Origin: Octopus bimaculoides
Taxonomy: Eukaryota
Assembly (NCBI RefSeq): GCF_001194135.2
Contig: NC_068989.1
Location: 91,455,337 to 91,499,266, forward strand
Length of the DNA: 43,930 nucleotides
Reading direction: 5' to 3'
This document shows positions 11,370 through 22,700 of this stretch, piece by piece (within the stretch, counting starts at the first letter, position 1; the number at the start of each line of letters is the position of its first letter). The translations under genes and the position numbers were made by a program. The notes beneath the pieces are model-generated. The model worked only from the letters and a program-made list of their open reading frames with translations, ran no database searches and was not told where the DNA came from.

Positions 11370-12439
11370 CAGCAATGTTAACCGAGACTGTGTGCAGTAC
11401 GAACGTCCTTCGGCAATTGGACAGGCTTCCACTAACTCAAAACTCACATATATCGGGGCTTTGACAACAAATACCATTGGAATTCTATTTTCTTTGGCTG
11501 CACACTAACGGTATGCATTTAACGAATGATTTGATTACAAAACCTTTGGAACCAATCATTATAACGAAGAAACACACCCAATCATGACGACAACGGCGAT
11601 ACGCAGAAATAAAAGTCGCCATTTTTATTTTATATTTGCTTTGCCTTAAACCTATATATTGGTTGTTAATGATTATGTTCTGTTTGTTATCAGAAAGTAT
11701 ACACGTCTAGGAATCAACGTCTTATTTCTATGTTTCGGTAACCAATCTGTTTTGATCTTATTAATCCTAAATAGAGTTACAGGAAGATCCGGAAGAAATT
11801 TAACATATATTATTACGAGAATAATGCGGCAGTATACCAACAAACCATCGTGTTTGGCAAGGTGACAGTTCTATTAATAATATTAAAAGTGCCATTATTT
11901 AGGTTTTCATGAAATGTTTTAAAATTATTCTAGAAACTCATCAAAAAGTACTTTCCGCTTCGCTTCCTCTTGAAACTTTTGTGCCAAAAATTTCGCTATA
12001 ATACTTTTGAGACTTTCTGTTCAAAATATTCTAGAAAGAAATTGGCATAAGTTGGAAAAAAAATCTTTCCCATTTCAATCCTAAACGTCTTTGTTTGTTA
12101 TATCGCCCTTACCTAATTCATAGAAGAAAAAAATAGTGATTATTCTGCCAAAGCAAGTTAATAGATGCGATAATAAAGTTATTGAGAATATTTAGTTTCA
12201 CCCCGCCCCAATATACTGTATTTCTGGGATTTTTCTGGTCTATGTTTCTGTTGAATATATGCGGGTGTCAGGAAACAAGACTGAAATTATTTTGAATTTA
12301 AGTTGAACATGCCGTTGCTATTAACTTGTTACTATTGAAGAAATAAACGACATACGAAAATAACTGTTAATGGTAATATAAATGGCAGGAATAGCATTCC
12401 AAAGTTCGAATATAGAGTTTCGTTCGAAATTTCGAGAAC

Positions 12440-12550
12440 GTTACTGAACATGACAGACTGGTTGCGATCTGAAGAAGACTGAGACATATATAGGCCGAAA
12501 CGTTGTGGGGAAAAGTAATCAAGAAAAAGTGAAGTTTATATTTACCTATG
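12440..12550 (+). mobile_element. Probable Penelope pLTR scrap with hammerhead-like core
   Basis: CTGAAGA-A-GACT...AGGCC-GAAACGTTG at 12469-12505; shares GAAACGTTGTG with 27945-27984. Confidence 0.45.
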
Positions 12551-12594
12551 TTTAAGAATGATTTAAAATTTTGGAAACAAATCCAACAATTTCG

Positions 12595-12755
12595 CCAGAC
12601 GGGTTAAGTTGACTGCGTTGATCCAATTACTCAACTGGTACTTGTTTTAACGATCCAGAAAGCATGAAAGGTAAAGTTGAACTTGACGGAATTTGATCTC
12701 AGAACGTGAAAACGGACGAAATGCCACTAAGCATTTTACTCTGCTCACCGCCTTG
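12595..12755 (-). mobile_element. SINE family B, diverged
   Basis: AACTGGTACTT...ATGAAAGG.AAAGT.GA...CGGAATTTGA.CTCAGAACGT...AAATGCC.CTAAGCATTT pattern. Confidence 0.75.
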
Positions 12756-12857
12756 CTTGTGTTTAATTATAATTCCACATCTCATAAAACTAGACACATA
12801 CACACACACGAATATTTAGATGCAGACACAGACGCAGGGACATACATACACACATCT

Positions 12858-12868
12858 GTCTGTCTATT

Positions 12869-12922
<54 letters not shown>

Positions 12923-12963
12923 GTCTGTCTATCTGTCTATCTATCTATCTATCTATCTATCTA
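12858..12963. repeat. (TATC)n tetranucleotide microsatellite
   Basis: Direct inspection. Confidence 0.95.
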
Positions 12964-13177
12964 TTGATGTTGGGTATACGAGCATAAAGCCAGGCGTTCA
13001 CATACTTGTTTCAAACGACGCGTTGTGTCTATGAACAAGTCATCTTATTTCACATTGTCGCAGGCTATCCAGATGTAAGGGCCGACAGTTGGGGTGTTGA
13101 TGAAACCTTCCCTCTGTTCCACCAGCTGCCGCATCCTGAATGTTTCTCTGAGTCGAGAGATCGTGGCTGTGTGTATA

Positions 13178-13635
13178 CGCGCAGACATGGTATTGTGGTA
13201 AGAAGTTACTTTCTCAACCATATGGTTCCCGGTTCAGTTCCACTGCGTGGCACCTAGAGACAATGTCTTCTACTATAGCCTCGGGTCGACCAAAATCTTG
13301 TGAGTGGAATTGGTTGACGGAAACTGAAAGAAGCCCATTGTACATATATATATTATTATGTGTGTGTGTGTTTGCATGTGTTTGTGTGTCTGATTGTGTG
13401 TGTGTGTCTCTGTGTTTGTGTTAGCTCTCACCTGTCACCGCTTGACAACCGGCGGTGTTGGTGTGTTTACGTCCTAGTAACTTGACAGTTCGGCAAAAAG
13501 GCCGATACAATAAGTATCAAGTTTAAAATAGAAATAAATCCTGGTGTCAGTTTGTTCAACTAAAATTCTTCAAGGCGGTGCTCCAGCATGGCCGAAGCCT
13601 AATGACTGAACCCAGTAAAACACAAGAGATAAAAA
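13178..13635 (+). mobile_element. SINE family A, full length, diverged
   Basis: Pol III-like head (TGTGGTAAG...GGTTCAGTTCC), GAAACTGAAAGAAGCCC followed by TA/TG repeat, 3' AAGGCGGTGCTCCAGCATGGCC...ATGACTGAA and A-rich tail. Confidence 0.88.
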
Positions 13636-14413
13636 AATGTAAGATATGTGTGTGATCGCGAATATGTAGACACTTGAAACAGCAAATCATGGAATTATTC
13701 TCGGGTCATATTCGTTCGTCACTGGAAGCGATGTTTTGATTTTACTTGTAGTTCTTGTAGTTGTTACAAAGCTGTTAAATAATCTAAGACATTCCATTTA
13801 TAACCATCACGTCTCATGAATATTATCTAGGTGTTAATTATCGATTGCATCTATTTTATATTTAAGACGGTTGTATAATTTGAGAGAGATTTGGGCCCGA
13901 ATTCTAATAGGTAAGGCAACTACAAAACATTTTGTGGCTTAAGACAAAAGCAGTAACATTTGAAGAGATTTTGCAGCGTAGAACTAGCGTTTGTGTATCT
14001 CCAGTGAAACAGAGTAACGGACAAGCAAATCAGGAATAAGCTAATGTATTAATATTTTTGTTAACGTTAGCCAATGAATTAATACGTTGATGACCTGGGT
14101 TCCAACAATTATATCAATAGGCAATTTATCTTAGAAAAGATCTGACGTTGTCTTATAGAAAAGAAGAAGAGAAAACTCACGAAAGACGAAGAATATACCT
14201 GCTGGCTCAGTAATTTCGAGTAATCAAATGTGTTGGTATAATGCCAGTCGAAATTAGGCTGTCTACAAGAAAAGTATGTCTCGGCAATATATGCACTTAG
14301 AACAGATTCTTCTAGATAAAAAAAAAAAAGAAAAAAAATCTGCTGAAATGTATAGTGAGAAATAGCACAACGGAAAAGAAGAAGTAGAAGAGGGAAGAGG
14401 GGAGAACGAAGTA

Positions 14414-14510
14414 GAAGAAGAAGAAGAAGAAGAAGAAGAAGAAGAAGAAGAAGAAGAAGAAGAAGAAGAAGAAGAAGAAGAAGAAGAAGAAGAAGATGAT
14501 GAAGAGGAGG
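14414..14510. repeat. (GAA)n microsatellite
   Basis: Direct inspection; source of the poly-S/poly-F ORFs. Confidence 0.95.
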
Positions 14511-14839
14511 AGCAACAGCGGCTAATACTCATCACTTGAAGAACACAAACCAATATCAATGACAACTGCAATGCTGTAAGACACGGCTAATAAGAGCGAA
14601 GAGAACAATTACGAAGACGACAGCAACAATAATAGCTACAACAAATCAACAAAGACACTCCATTCCATGCAGCTTGTTATATCAGATTGTATTTAATTTG
14701 AAGTATTTAGAGAATGTTAAGTTAAAATTTTCCGTAATTCTATAGAATTCTACAAGAGCAATTGTTATTGATTATTTGGAAGATAGTCTTTCATGGCAGT
14801 GATGATGATAATTGCATCTTTGTGAATGTTGTTGATACG

Positions 14840-14841
<2 letters not shown>

Positions 14842-14904
<63 letters not shown>

Positions 14905-15460
14905 GAATGAGAAAGTAACGCTATCCAACAAAGTGGCGCTGTGTTGTAAGCATAGAAAGCCCAATATAGCCCACACGATTGTCGGTCTGGTAAAGGTATA
15001 CCAGGCATATGCATCGCAATCATATGTGAACGACATGGTGATTTCATATCAAGCTAAACAGCGCATGACCTTGCAGGTGGGATCCAGTTAGAATTTTCCT
15101 CTTGTCGAGTAGCCCGTCCCTCTTAAAATATCCCTGCATAAGGTTTGTTTGGTCTCTGAATAAGGGTGACGAACGAAACACCCAGGTTTTCAGGGCTGAA
15201 TTATTCAAACCCCAAAGAACTCCTCTTAACTCATGGCTATGATGCTCCCCCACTTTTGCTCGTGATCAGGGAGCTCATATCGTCGGTCAATAAGGGACCT
15301 GCTCAACTGGTTAAAGTCAAGCAACAGACAATTAAATCTGCAGTATCAGCAGAATATTTGCTGTAATCCATCTTTTATACCACGACAAAATATATTGATG
15401 TTGATACTTCCAGTAAATTCAGATCAGAAACCATGGGAGCCACTGATTTGTATAGACGCC
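14842..15460 (-). mobile_element. Interspersed retroposon-like element ending in (AAT)n (tail 14842-14905)
   Basis: Minus strand ends ...TTTCTCATTC(AAT)n. Recognised from memory as a common octopus repeat; about 40 bp (ATATCGT.(A/G)G(C/T)CA.TAAGGGAC) recur at about 37360-37395. No clear ORF. Confidence 0.55.
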
Positions 15461-15829
15461 ATCGAAGGGTTTCCGAGGAAGTCTTGGATTCAGCATGCTT
15501 GTGCGATATGGAAGAACGAGACGCCAATTTTCGAAAATTCTGCTAATCGGTGAAAATATTTTGTAAGGAGGTTTACTTGTTTATTTTCAGCTTCAAAGAA
15601 ATATAATTTGTCTTTTAAAATGGCTTCTTCAGCAAGAAAATTGGTGATAGGCCGTAATTAGAATAAAAGTCTCTCTGGTGATGTCCACAAAAGGAAAAAT
15701 GGTGTATGAACGGCATTGACTAAACGGATGCAATAAAAGTGCAATCACTGACAAATGTAAAATTAATGAATTTGTTAACAAGAACAGCACAAGTTTAGAT
15801 TGCGTGATTGGTGGCAGAGAATCCGTGGA

Positions 15830-16190
15830 TAGGCGCAAGTATGGCTGTGTGGTAAGAATTTTGCTTCCCAATCACATGGAACGGGTTCAGTTTTATTGCA
15901 TATGTCAGGTGCCTTCTGCTATAACCTCGGGCTGACCAAAGACTTTCGAGTGGATTTGGAATACGGAAACTGAAAGAAGCCCATCGTATACGTTTATATG
16001 CGTTTTTATGTATGTGTCTTTGTTTCTGTTTGCCACCCACCACCGCTTCACAATCGATGTTAATTTGTTTACATCTCGTAACTTGGGCGTTCGTCAAATG
16101 TGAACGATAAAATATGTACTTGGCTTAAAAAACGAAATGAAGTCGATCTTTTCGACTTCAAACTTTTCAAGATTGTGCCTCCCAGCCTGT
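15830..16190 (+). mobile_element. SINE family A, near full length, diverged
   Basis: AGGCGCAAGTATGGCTGTGTGGTAAG head; CTATAACCTCGGGCTGACCAAAG...GGAAACTGAAAGAAGCCC body. Confidence 0.85.
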
Positions 16191-16254
16191 CATATCTCTC
16201 AAATTTTCTTTCTTCCTTATCGTATATCTAGTTGTCAGTTGGGCATGCTATATC

Positions 16255-16850
16255 TATGATCATCATAGTTGTTTTTTTTTTTTCAGTTAAGACTATGTCT
16301 GGCTTCCTATTCTCTATCTCATGGTCGTACTGAATCATAAAATCCCAAAGGATCTTTGCATTCTTATTTTCGATGATGCCTTCGGGTTTGTGATTCTACC
16401 AATTTTTTACTCTGTCATGTACATACTTCTTGCAAAGTGTCCAATGGACAAACCTTGTTATATTGTCGTGGCGTCTCTTATATTTCTTCTGGGCTAGTGG
16501 CGTACATTGGCTGGTAATATGCCATACCGTTTCACCATATTGTCCACAGATTCTGCACTTATCACTTTCTGCTGTGTTGTCTATTCTGTATTTTATGTAG
16601 TTTGTTCATAGTGCTTGCTCTTGGGCAGCACAGATTATAGCCTCCGTTTCCGGTTTTAAATCACCTTTAGTCATCCACAGCCATCTTTTTTCTCTGTCTG
16701 TCTTATCTTCAGTATCCCTATGGAATTGACCATGCATCCTTTTCTTTACCCACCTATTTTCAGTTTCATTCGTTTTCAATATCTTGTATAGTGCTTTATC
16801 TTTGCAATCTTTCATTCTACACAATCCTCACCTTATTATTTCTAACAATA
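16255..16850 (-). mobile_element. R4/Dong-type LINE fragment: CCHC zinc knuckle and start of RLE
   Basis: Minus: RMHGQF...WLWMTKGDLKPETEAIICAAQEQAL*TNYIKYRIDNTAESDKCRICGQYGETVWHITSQC...RHDN...AKILWDFMIQYDHEIENRKPDIVL (C-x2-C-x8-H-x4-C and PD motif). Confidence 0.92.
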
Positions 16851-16870
16851 GCGGTTCTGTGGCGACCCGC

Positions 16871-17058
16871 TCTTCTTCTTCTTCTTCTTCTTCTTCTTCT
16901 TCTTCTTCTCCTCCTCCTCCTCCTTCTCCCCCTCCTCCTCCTCCTTCTCCCCCTCCTCCTCCTCCTCCTCATCATCATCATCATTGATACGTGTTTATGT
17001 AAACCTCTACTGTCCTTTCACTTTAAACTGTTCCTCTTTTGTACTGCAAATTCAAGAA

Positions 17059-17097
<39 letters not shown>

Positions 17098-17142
17098 ATT
17101 TTTATTATCATCTTCTTTCAAATTATTTTCCATTTCTTGCCG

Positions 17143-17184
<42 letters not shown>

Positions 17185-17185
17185 A
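16871..17185. repeat. Compound (TTC)n-(CCT)n-(CAT)n and two (ATT)n tracts
   Basis: Direct inspection. Confidence 0.93.
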
Positions 17186-17394
17186 TTATAACATTCCTTT
17201 CAGTAAAGAGAGAGAGAAATGAAAGCAAAATAGACAGATAAGACACACAGCGGGATGAATATATAGACAGATACACAAAACGATAGGCAAAGAGATCGCT
17301 AAATAGATACATAAATTGAGAGATAAATGGATAGATATTCAGATAAACAGAGACATTGAGGTATTTGGAATTACAACATGTAATCATAGATAAA

Positions 17395-17660
17395 GGAGTG
17401 AATTTGGTAGATGGAAATTGAATGAAGCCCGACGTATATGTGTGTCTTTGTGTCTGGGTTTGTTCCCAACCTCCGCTTGACAACCACTGCTCGTTTGCTT
17501 ATGTATGCCTTACCTAGCGGTTCGACAAAATAAACCGATAGGATAAATACGAGGCTTTAAATATTAAATAGCTGGATCGTTTTATTCGAGTACATATTCT
17601 TCTAGGCGGTGCTCCAGCATGACATCAGTCTAATGACCGAAATATTTAAAAGATAAAAGA
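17395..17660 (+). mobile_element. SINE family A, 5'-truncated
   Basis: GAGTGAATTTGGTAGATGGAAATTGAATGAAGCCCGACG...AGGCGGTGCTCCAGCATG...AAAGATAAAAGAT tail. Confidence 0.8.
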
Positions 17661-17789
17661 TGGGAGAAAGGAAGTTGGGACAGAGATATAAAAAAAAAGG
17701 AAATAAGAAATAAGGACGGAAGGAAAGAAAAATGCAATGATTCGAGGAGGATATGCAGACAAGATCGATTAGGAGAAAGACATAGAAAG

Positions 17790-17820
17790 AAACGGAGATA
17801 GATAGATAGATTAATAGATC

Positions 17821-17903
<83 letters not shown>

Positions 17904-18150
17904 ATAGAGAGAGAAGGGGAGACAAAGAAACAATAAGACAGCATACCAACAAACAAATAGACTGGCAGACAGACAGAGAGAAAGACAAACACAAAAACTG
18001 ATAAATAGGTAGAGAGAGAGATAAGAAGGGAGAAAGAGAGAGAGAGAGAGAGAGGGAGAGGAGGGAAGGTTGAAAAGCAATTAGACAAGCATGCAGAAAG
18101 AAAAAGATAGACAGATAAACAGATAGATAGATAGGTAGATAGATAACTTT
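17790..18150. repeat. (GA)n/(GATA)n purine-rich repeat region
   Basis: Direct inspection. Confidence 0.9.
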
Positions 18151-18486
18151 CTTTTATTAGCGACACAGGGCTGCACACAGAGGGGACAAATAAAACTGTA
18201 GAGCTTTTCTTTCAGAAAAAAAAAAAAAATCCGATCAAAAGGGATCGGTAGGGGCAAAAAAAAAAAGGGGGTATCGTATATCACAGAAAAATGTCAATTG
18301 TGTAAAATGGGGTAACATTAGGTTTATCCATGGAGAGAAAAGCCTACGGAAAAGACCATGGTAACCTCAGCAGGGAATAGACACATGAGAGCAAAGTGCT
18401 CTCTCTCTCTCTCTTTTTTTTTCTCGATTTATAGGATCATGCTCAAAGAGCTATCGTCACTCGCACGCACCATCTTTGCTACATTC

Positions 18487-19417
18487 NNNNNNNNNNNNNN
18501 NNNNNNNNNNNNNNNNNNNNNNNNNNNNNNNNNNNNNNNNNNNNNNNNNNNNNNNNNNNNNNNNNNNNNNNNNNNNNNNNNNNNNNNNNNNNNNNNNNNN
18601 NNNNNNNNNNNNNNNNNNNNNNNNNNNNNNNNNNNNNNNNNNNNNNNNNNNNNNNNNNNNNNNNNNNNNNNNNNNNNNNNNNNNNNNNNNNNNNNNNNNN
18701 NNNNNNNNNNNNNNNNNNNNNNNNNNNNNNNNNNNNNNNNNNNNNNNNNNNNNNNNNNNNNNNNNNNNNNNNNNNNNNNNNNNNNNNNNNNNNNNNNNNN
18801 NNNNNNNNNNNNNNNNNNNNNNNNNNNNNNNNNNNNNNNNNNNNNNNNNNNNNNNNNNNNNNNNNNNNNNNNNNNNNNNNNNNNNNNNNNNNNNNNNNNN
18901 NNNNNNNNNNNNNNNNNNNNNNNNNNNNNNNNNNNNNNNNNNNNNNNNNNNNNNNNNNNNNNNNNNNNNNNNNNNNNNNNNNNNNNNNNNNNNNNNNNNN
19001 NNNNNNNNNNNNNNNNNNNNNNNNNNNNNNNNNNNNNNNNNNNNNNNNNNNNNNNNNNNNNNNNNNNNNNNNNNNNNNNNNNNNNNNNNNNNNNNNNNNN
19101 NNNNNNNNNNNNNNNNNNNNNNNNNNNNNNNNNNNNNNNNNNNNNNNNNNNNNNNNNNNNNNNNNNNNNNNNNNNNNNNNNNNNNNNNNNNNNNNNNNNN
19201 NNNNNNNNNNNNNNNNNNNNNNNNNNNNNNNNNNNNNNNNNNNNNNNNNNNNNNNNNNNNNNNNNNNNNNNNNNNNNNNNNNNNNNNNNNNNNNNNNNNN
19301 NNNNNNNNNNNNNNNNNNNNNNNNNNNNNNNNNNNNNNNNNNNNNNNNNNNNNNNNNNNNNNNNNNNNNNNNNNNNNNNNNNNNNNNNNNNNNNNNNNNN
19401 NNNNNNNNNNNNNNNNN

Positions 19418-19418
<1 letters not shown>
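18487..19418. other. Largest assembly gap (other N-runs start at 733, 4306, 5509, 8223, 21560, 23566, 25518, 29962, 30776, 32054, 41374, 42946)
   Basis: N characters; most gaps abut microsatellites. Confidence 0.99.
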
Positions 19419-19460
<42 letters not shown>

Positions 19461-19631
19461 GAGAGAGAGAGAGTGAGAGAGAGAGAGAGTGAGAGTGAGA
19501 GTGAGAGAGAGAGAGTGAGAGAGAGAGTGCGAGAGAGACAGATTGATAGATAGATAGATAGATATGCAGATAGACAGAGAGATAAGATAGATTGATAGAT
19601 TGACAGATAGACAGACAGGTAGACAGACAGC

Positions 19632-19682
<51 letters not shown>
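19419..19682. repeat. (GA)n and (GATA)n microsatellites
   Basis: Direct inspection. Confidence 0.95.
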
Positions 19683-20264
19683 TTGTGTAGACGGACATAG
19701 AAATGAAACTACGTTAAGAAGTGCAAGAAGAAACAGTTTCAACCGCAGTGCAATGTTAAGATCAAAAGACTGTCTGAAGATTATTTTTGATATTATCTCC
19801 CATTGGGAATTGATGATGTTTGTTTCAGGAGGTAAATAGCAAATATATGAGATGTATTTCCACGTAAGGTATGAGTAAAGCAACAATGAAAATAGATCCG
19901 TGTCTATATTCATACGTATTTACGTACTTGTCTGTATGTATCCATGTGTCCTGTGTATGTATGTATGTACGTATTTACGTATGTATGTATGTGTATGTAT
20001 GTATGTGTATGTATGTATGTGTCATTTTTTTTTCCTTACAAGGATGTTATCGATATTTATCAGTCAATATAGTTTATGCTTTCACTATTGATGAGTCTGC
20101 CCTTTCGAATGTTTGAGGTTAACAATTGATAGTCGCAAGATTTTCCGAGAATTCCTTATCTAGCTATTTGTGTCTCAGTTTTCTAATCTAAAATGTTGTT
20201 GATATGCTAAACGTTATCGGCAGCACCGTTTCCTTTTCTGAATGTTTGCCTCCTATTCTTTTAT

Positions 20265-20480
20265 CTTTTATTTGTTTCAGTCTTCAAACCGCGGCCATGC
20301 TGGGGCAGCGCCTTGAAGGATTTTAGTTGAACGAATCGACCACTGTATCTTTTATTTCTTTGAAGCCTGTTACTTATTCTATCGGTTTCTGTTGCCAAAC
20401 TGCTAAGTAATGTGAAAATAAAAACACTAACACCGGCTGTCAAACTGCGGTTGGGGACAACCACAAACGTAAAGATACAC
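20265..20480 (-). mobile_element. SINE family A 3' half
   Basis: TTGTTTCAGTC...GCGGCCATGCTGGGGCAGCGCCTTGAAGG...TACTTATTCTATCGG...GTCAA pattern. Confidence 0.8.
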
Positions 20481-20504
20481 AAACCGATATATATGTGTGT
20501 GGGT

Positions 20505-20755
20505 GTCTGTGTTTTCTTACTTGAATTCTTCGCCAACTTATTACACAATTTCGTCTCTTTAAATGCAGCTTCTCTTATTTTCCCTTGGAGCACCATTAGC
20601 TGCTGTCGTTCAGAAATCATGTGACATTTCACACCGAATAAGTACCAGACATAAAACGAAATAACGAGACGGGATCGAGTTGTTCGGTTAAAGCCTTCCT
20701 CCGAGTTGTTGCCCCAGCATGGCCGCTGTTCAACGACTGAAAGAAGTCAAAGGAA
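20505..20755 (+). mobile_element. Variant SINE-A-tailed element, copy 1
   Basis: About 130 bp non-standard segment followed by a SINE-A-like 3' end (GTTGCCCCAGCATGGCCGC...GACTGAAA). Confidence 0.6.
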
Positions 20756-20809
20756 AGCTATATACACAGCATTTTCATGTATTGTGAATTGGGTATCCTT
20801 TACTTGTTA

Positions 20810-21050
20810 CCTCTTTATTTGTTTCAGGCATTGAAGTGCGGCGATGCTGGGGCAACGCCGTGAAGGATGGCTTTCGCCGAACAACTGGAGCCAGGCTCGG
20901 TATTTCTTTTGATATCCGGTGTGTGGAATGTCACATGACTTCAGAAAGAAACAGCAAGAAATGGTTTTATAAAGGAAAATAAGAGAAGTATTTAACCATA
21001 CGAGATTGCGCAATAAGTTGGCAAAGAATGTAAGTACGAAAACAGAAATG
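20810..21050 (-). mobile_element. Variant SINE-A-tailed element, copy 2 (inverted)
   Basis: Reverse complement aligns with 20505-20755 (TTC.TCGCCAACTTATT..GCAAT.TCGT...CTTCTCTTATTTTCC...CATGTGACATT). Confidence 0.6.
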
Positions 21051-21522
21051 CGGTAAATGATAAAAAAAAAAAAAGACACGAAATAAAGTGGCCACACGAT
21101 GCCTGTGTGGAATTCAATTTAGCAGGAAAATATTACTCCCACCAAAACACACATGTACACACATACATACACATGGCCGCGCGCTCACATAGTTTGAATA
21201 ATCATCGTCACGTTGCATCAGTGTCTATGCGTCTGTGTGTTTCTGAAATTCTTGTTGCAAGTTTAAATTCTTGTTGCAATTTTTCAAAAGAAAATATTAC
21301 TTACCCGCCCATATTCTTTTTTTTTTTCAAATATAATCTTTCACCTTATATATTTCTTTGTAAAAGCCCACTTATAACATTGATCATATCTAACGCTATC
21401 TCTAGGCGTATTCTCTATTTTCTTCGGCATGCATATATACACATACATATGTATACACAGACACATACACATATATGTTTATATATATATATTATATATA
21501 TATATATGCATATATACGTATG

Positions 21523-21559
<37 letters not shown>

Positions 21560-22159
21560 NNNNNNNNNNTATATATATATATATAGATATTGATCTATGC
21601 AAGAAATATATATATTATATGATTATAGGCGTTACATAACATATATAATAGATATAAAATATACATATATAATATATATATAAATATGTATATCCGTGTT
21701 TGTGAGTGTATATTATGTGATATGTATATATAATGTAATGAATGTATGTACAACTGGAGTACTCATCTGTCGCCTCCGAAATATTTCTGTTACGGTAAAC
21801 TTTCAAAAGCATTTTGGAAATGCTGTCTTTGATCATTTTCTTTTTATTGTTTGTTCATAGTCTGCTACTCCTAAGTTATGTTGATTCAACCCCCTTTACT
21901 GCTGCTTAGTGGCTACAAAGCAGCACTAAAAATGCAGCAACAACAACACAAACAACAACAGACTTAGCCGCAATAAACCGCATGACAACAACTTAAAAAC
22001 TAGCAGCAAGAAATATTCTTAATGTACGCTCGATTAAAGAAGACTTTTTTTGTTTCTTTTTTGGAATATGCACTGTTGCAGATCTGATATCTGGTGTAGA
22101 AATTATGATGTGAATTGAAGGAAGACGACCCATCGATAAACATTTGTTACACACATGTG

Positions 22160-22700
<541 letters not shown>

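Noticed and set aside
15414-15548. Plus-strand candidate exon NSDQKPWEPLICIDAIEGFPRKSWIQHACAIWKNETPIFENSAN, phase-compatible with 18435
   Set aside because: The acceptor and first ~45 nt belong to the 14842-15460 repeat; the minus strand gives equally plausible frames; no recognisable domain.
20080-20120. TTGATGAGTC...CGAATGTT hammerhead-like string
   Set aside because: Core altered on both sides and stems do not pair convincingly.
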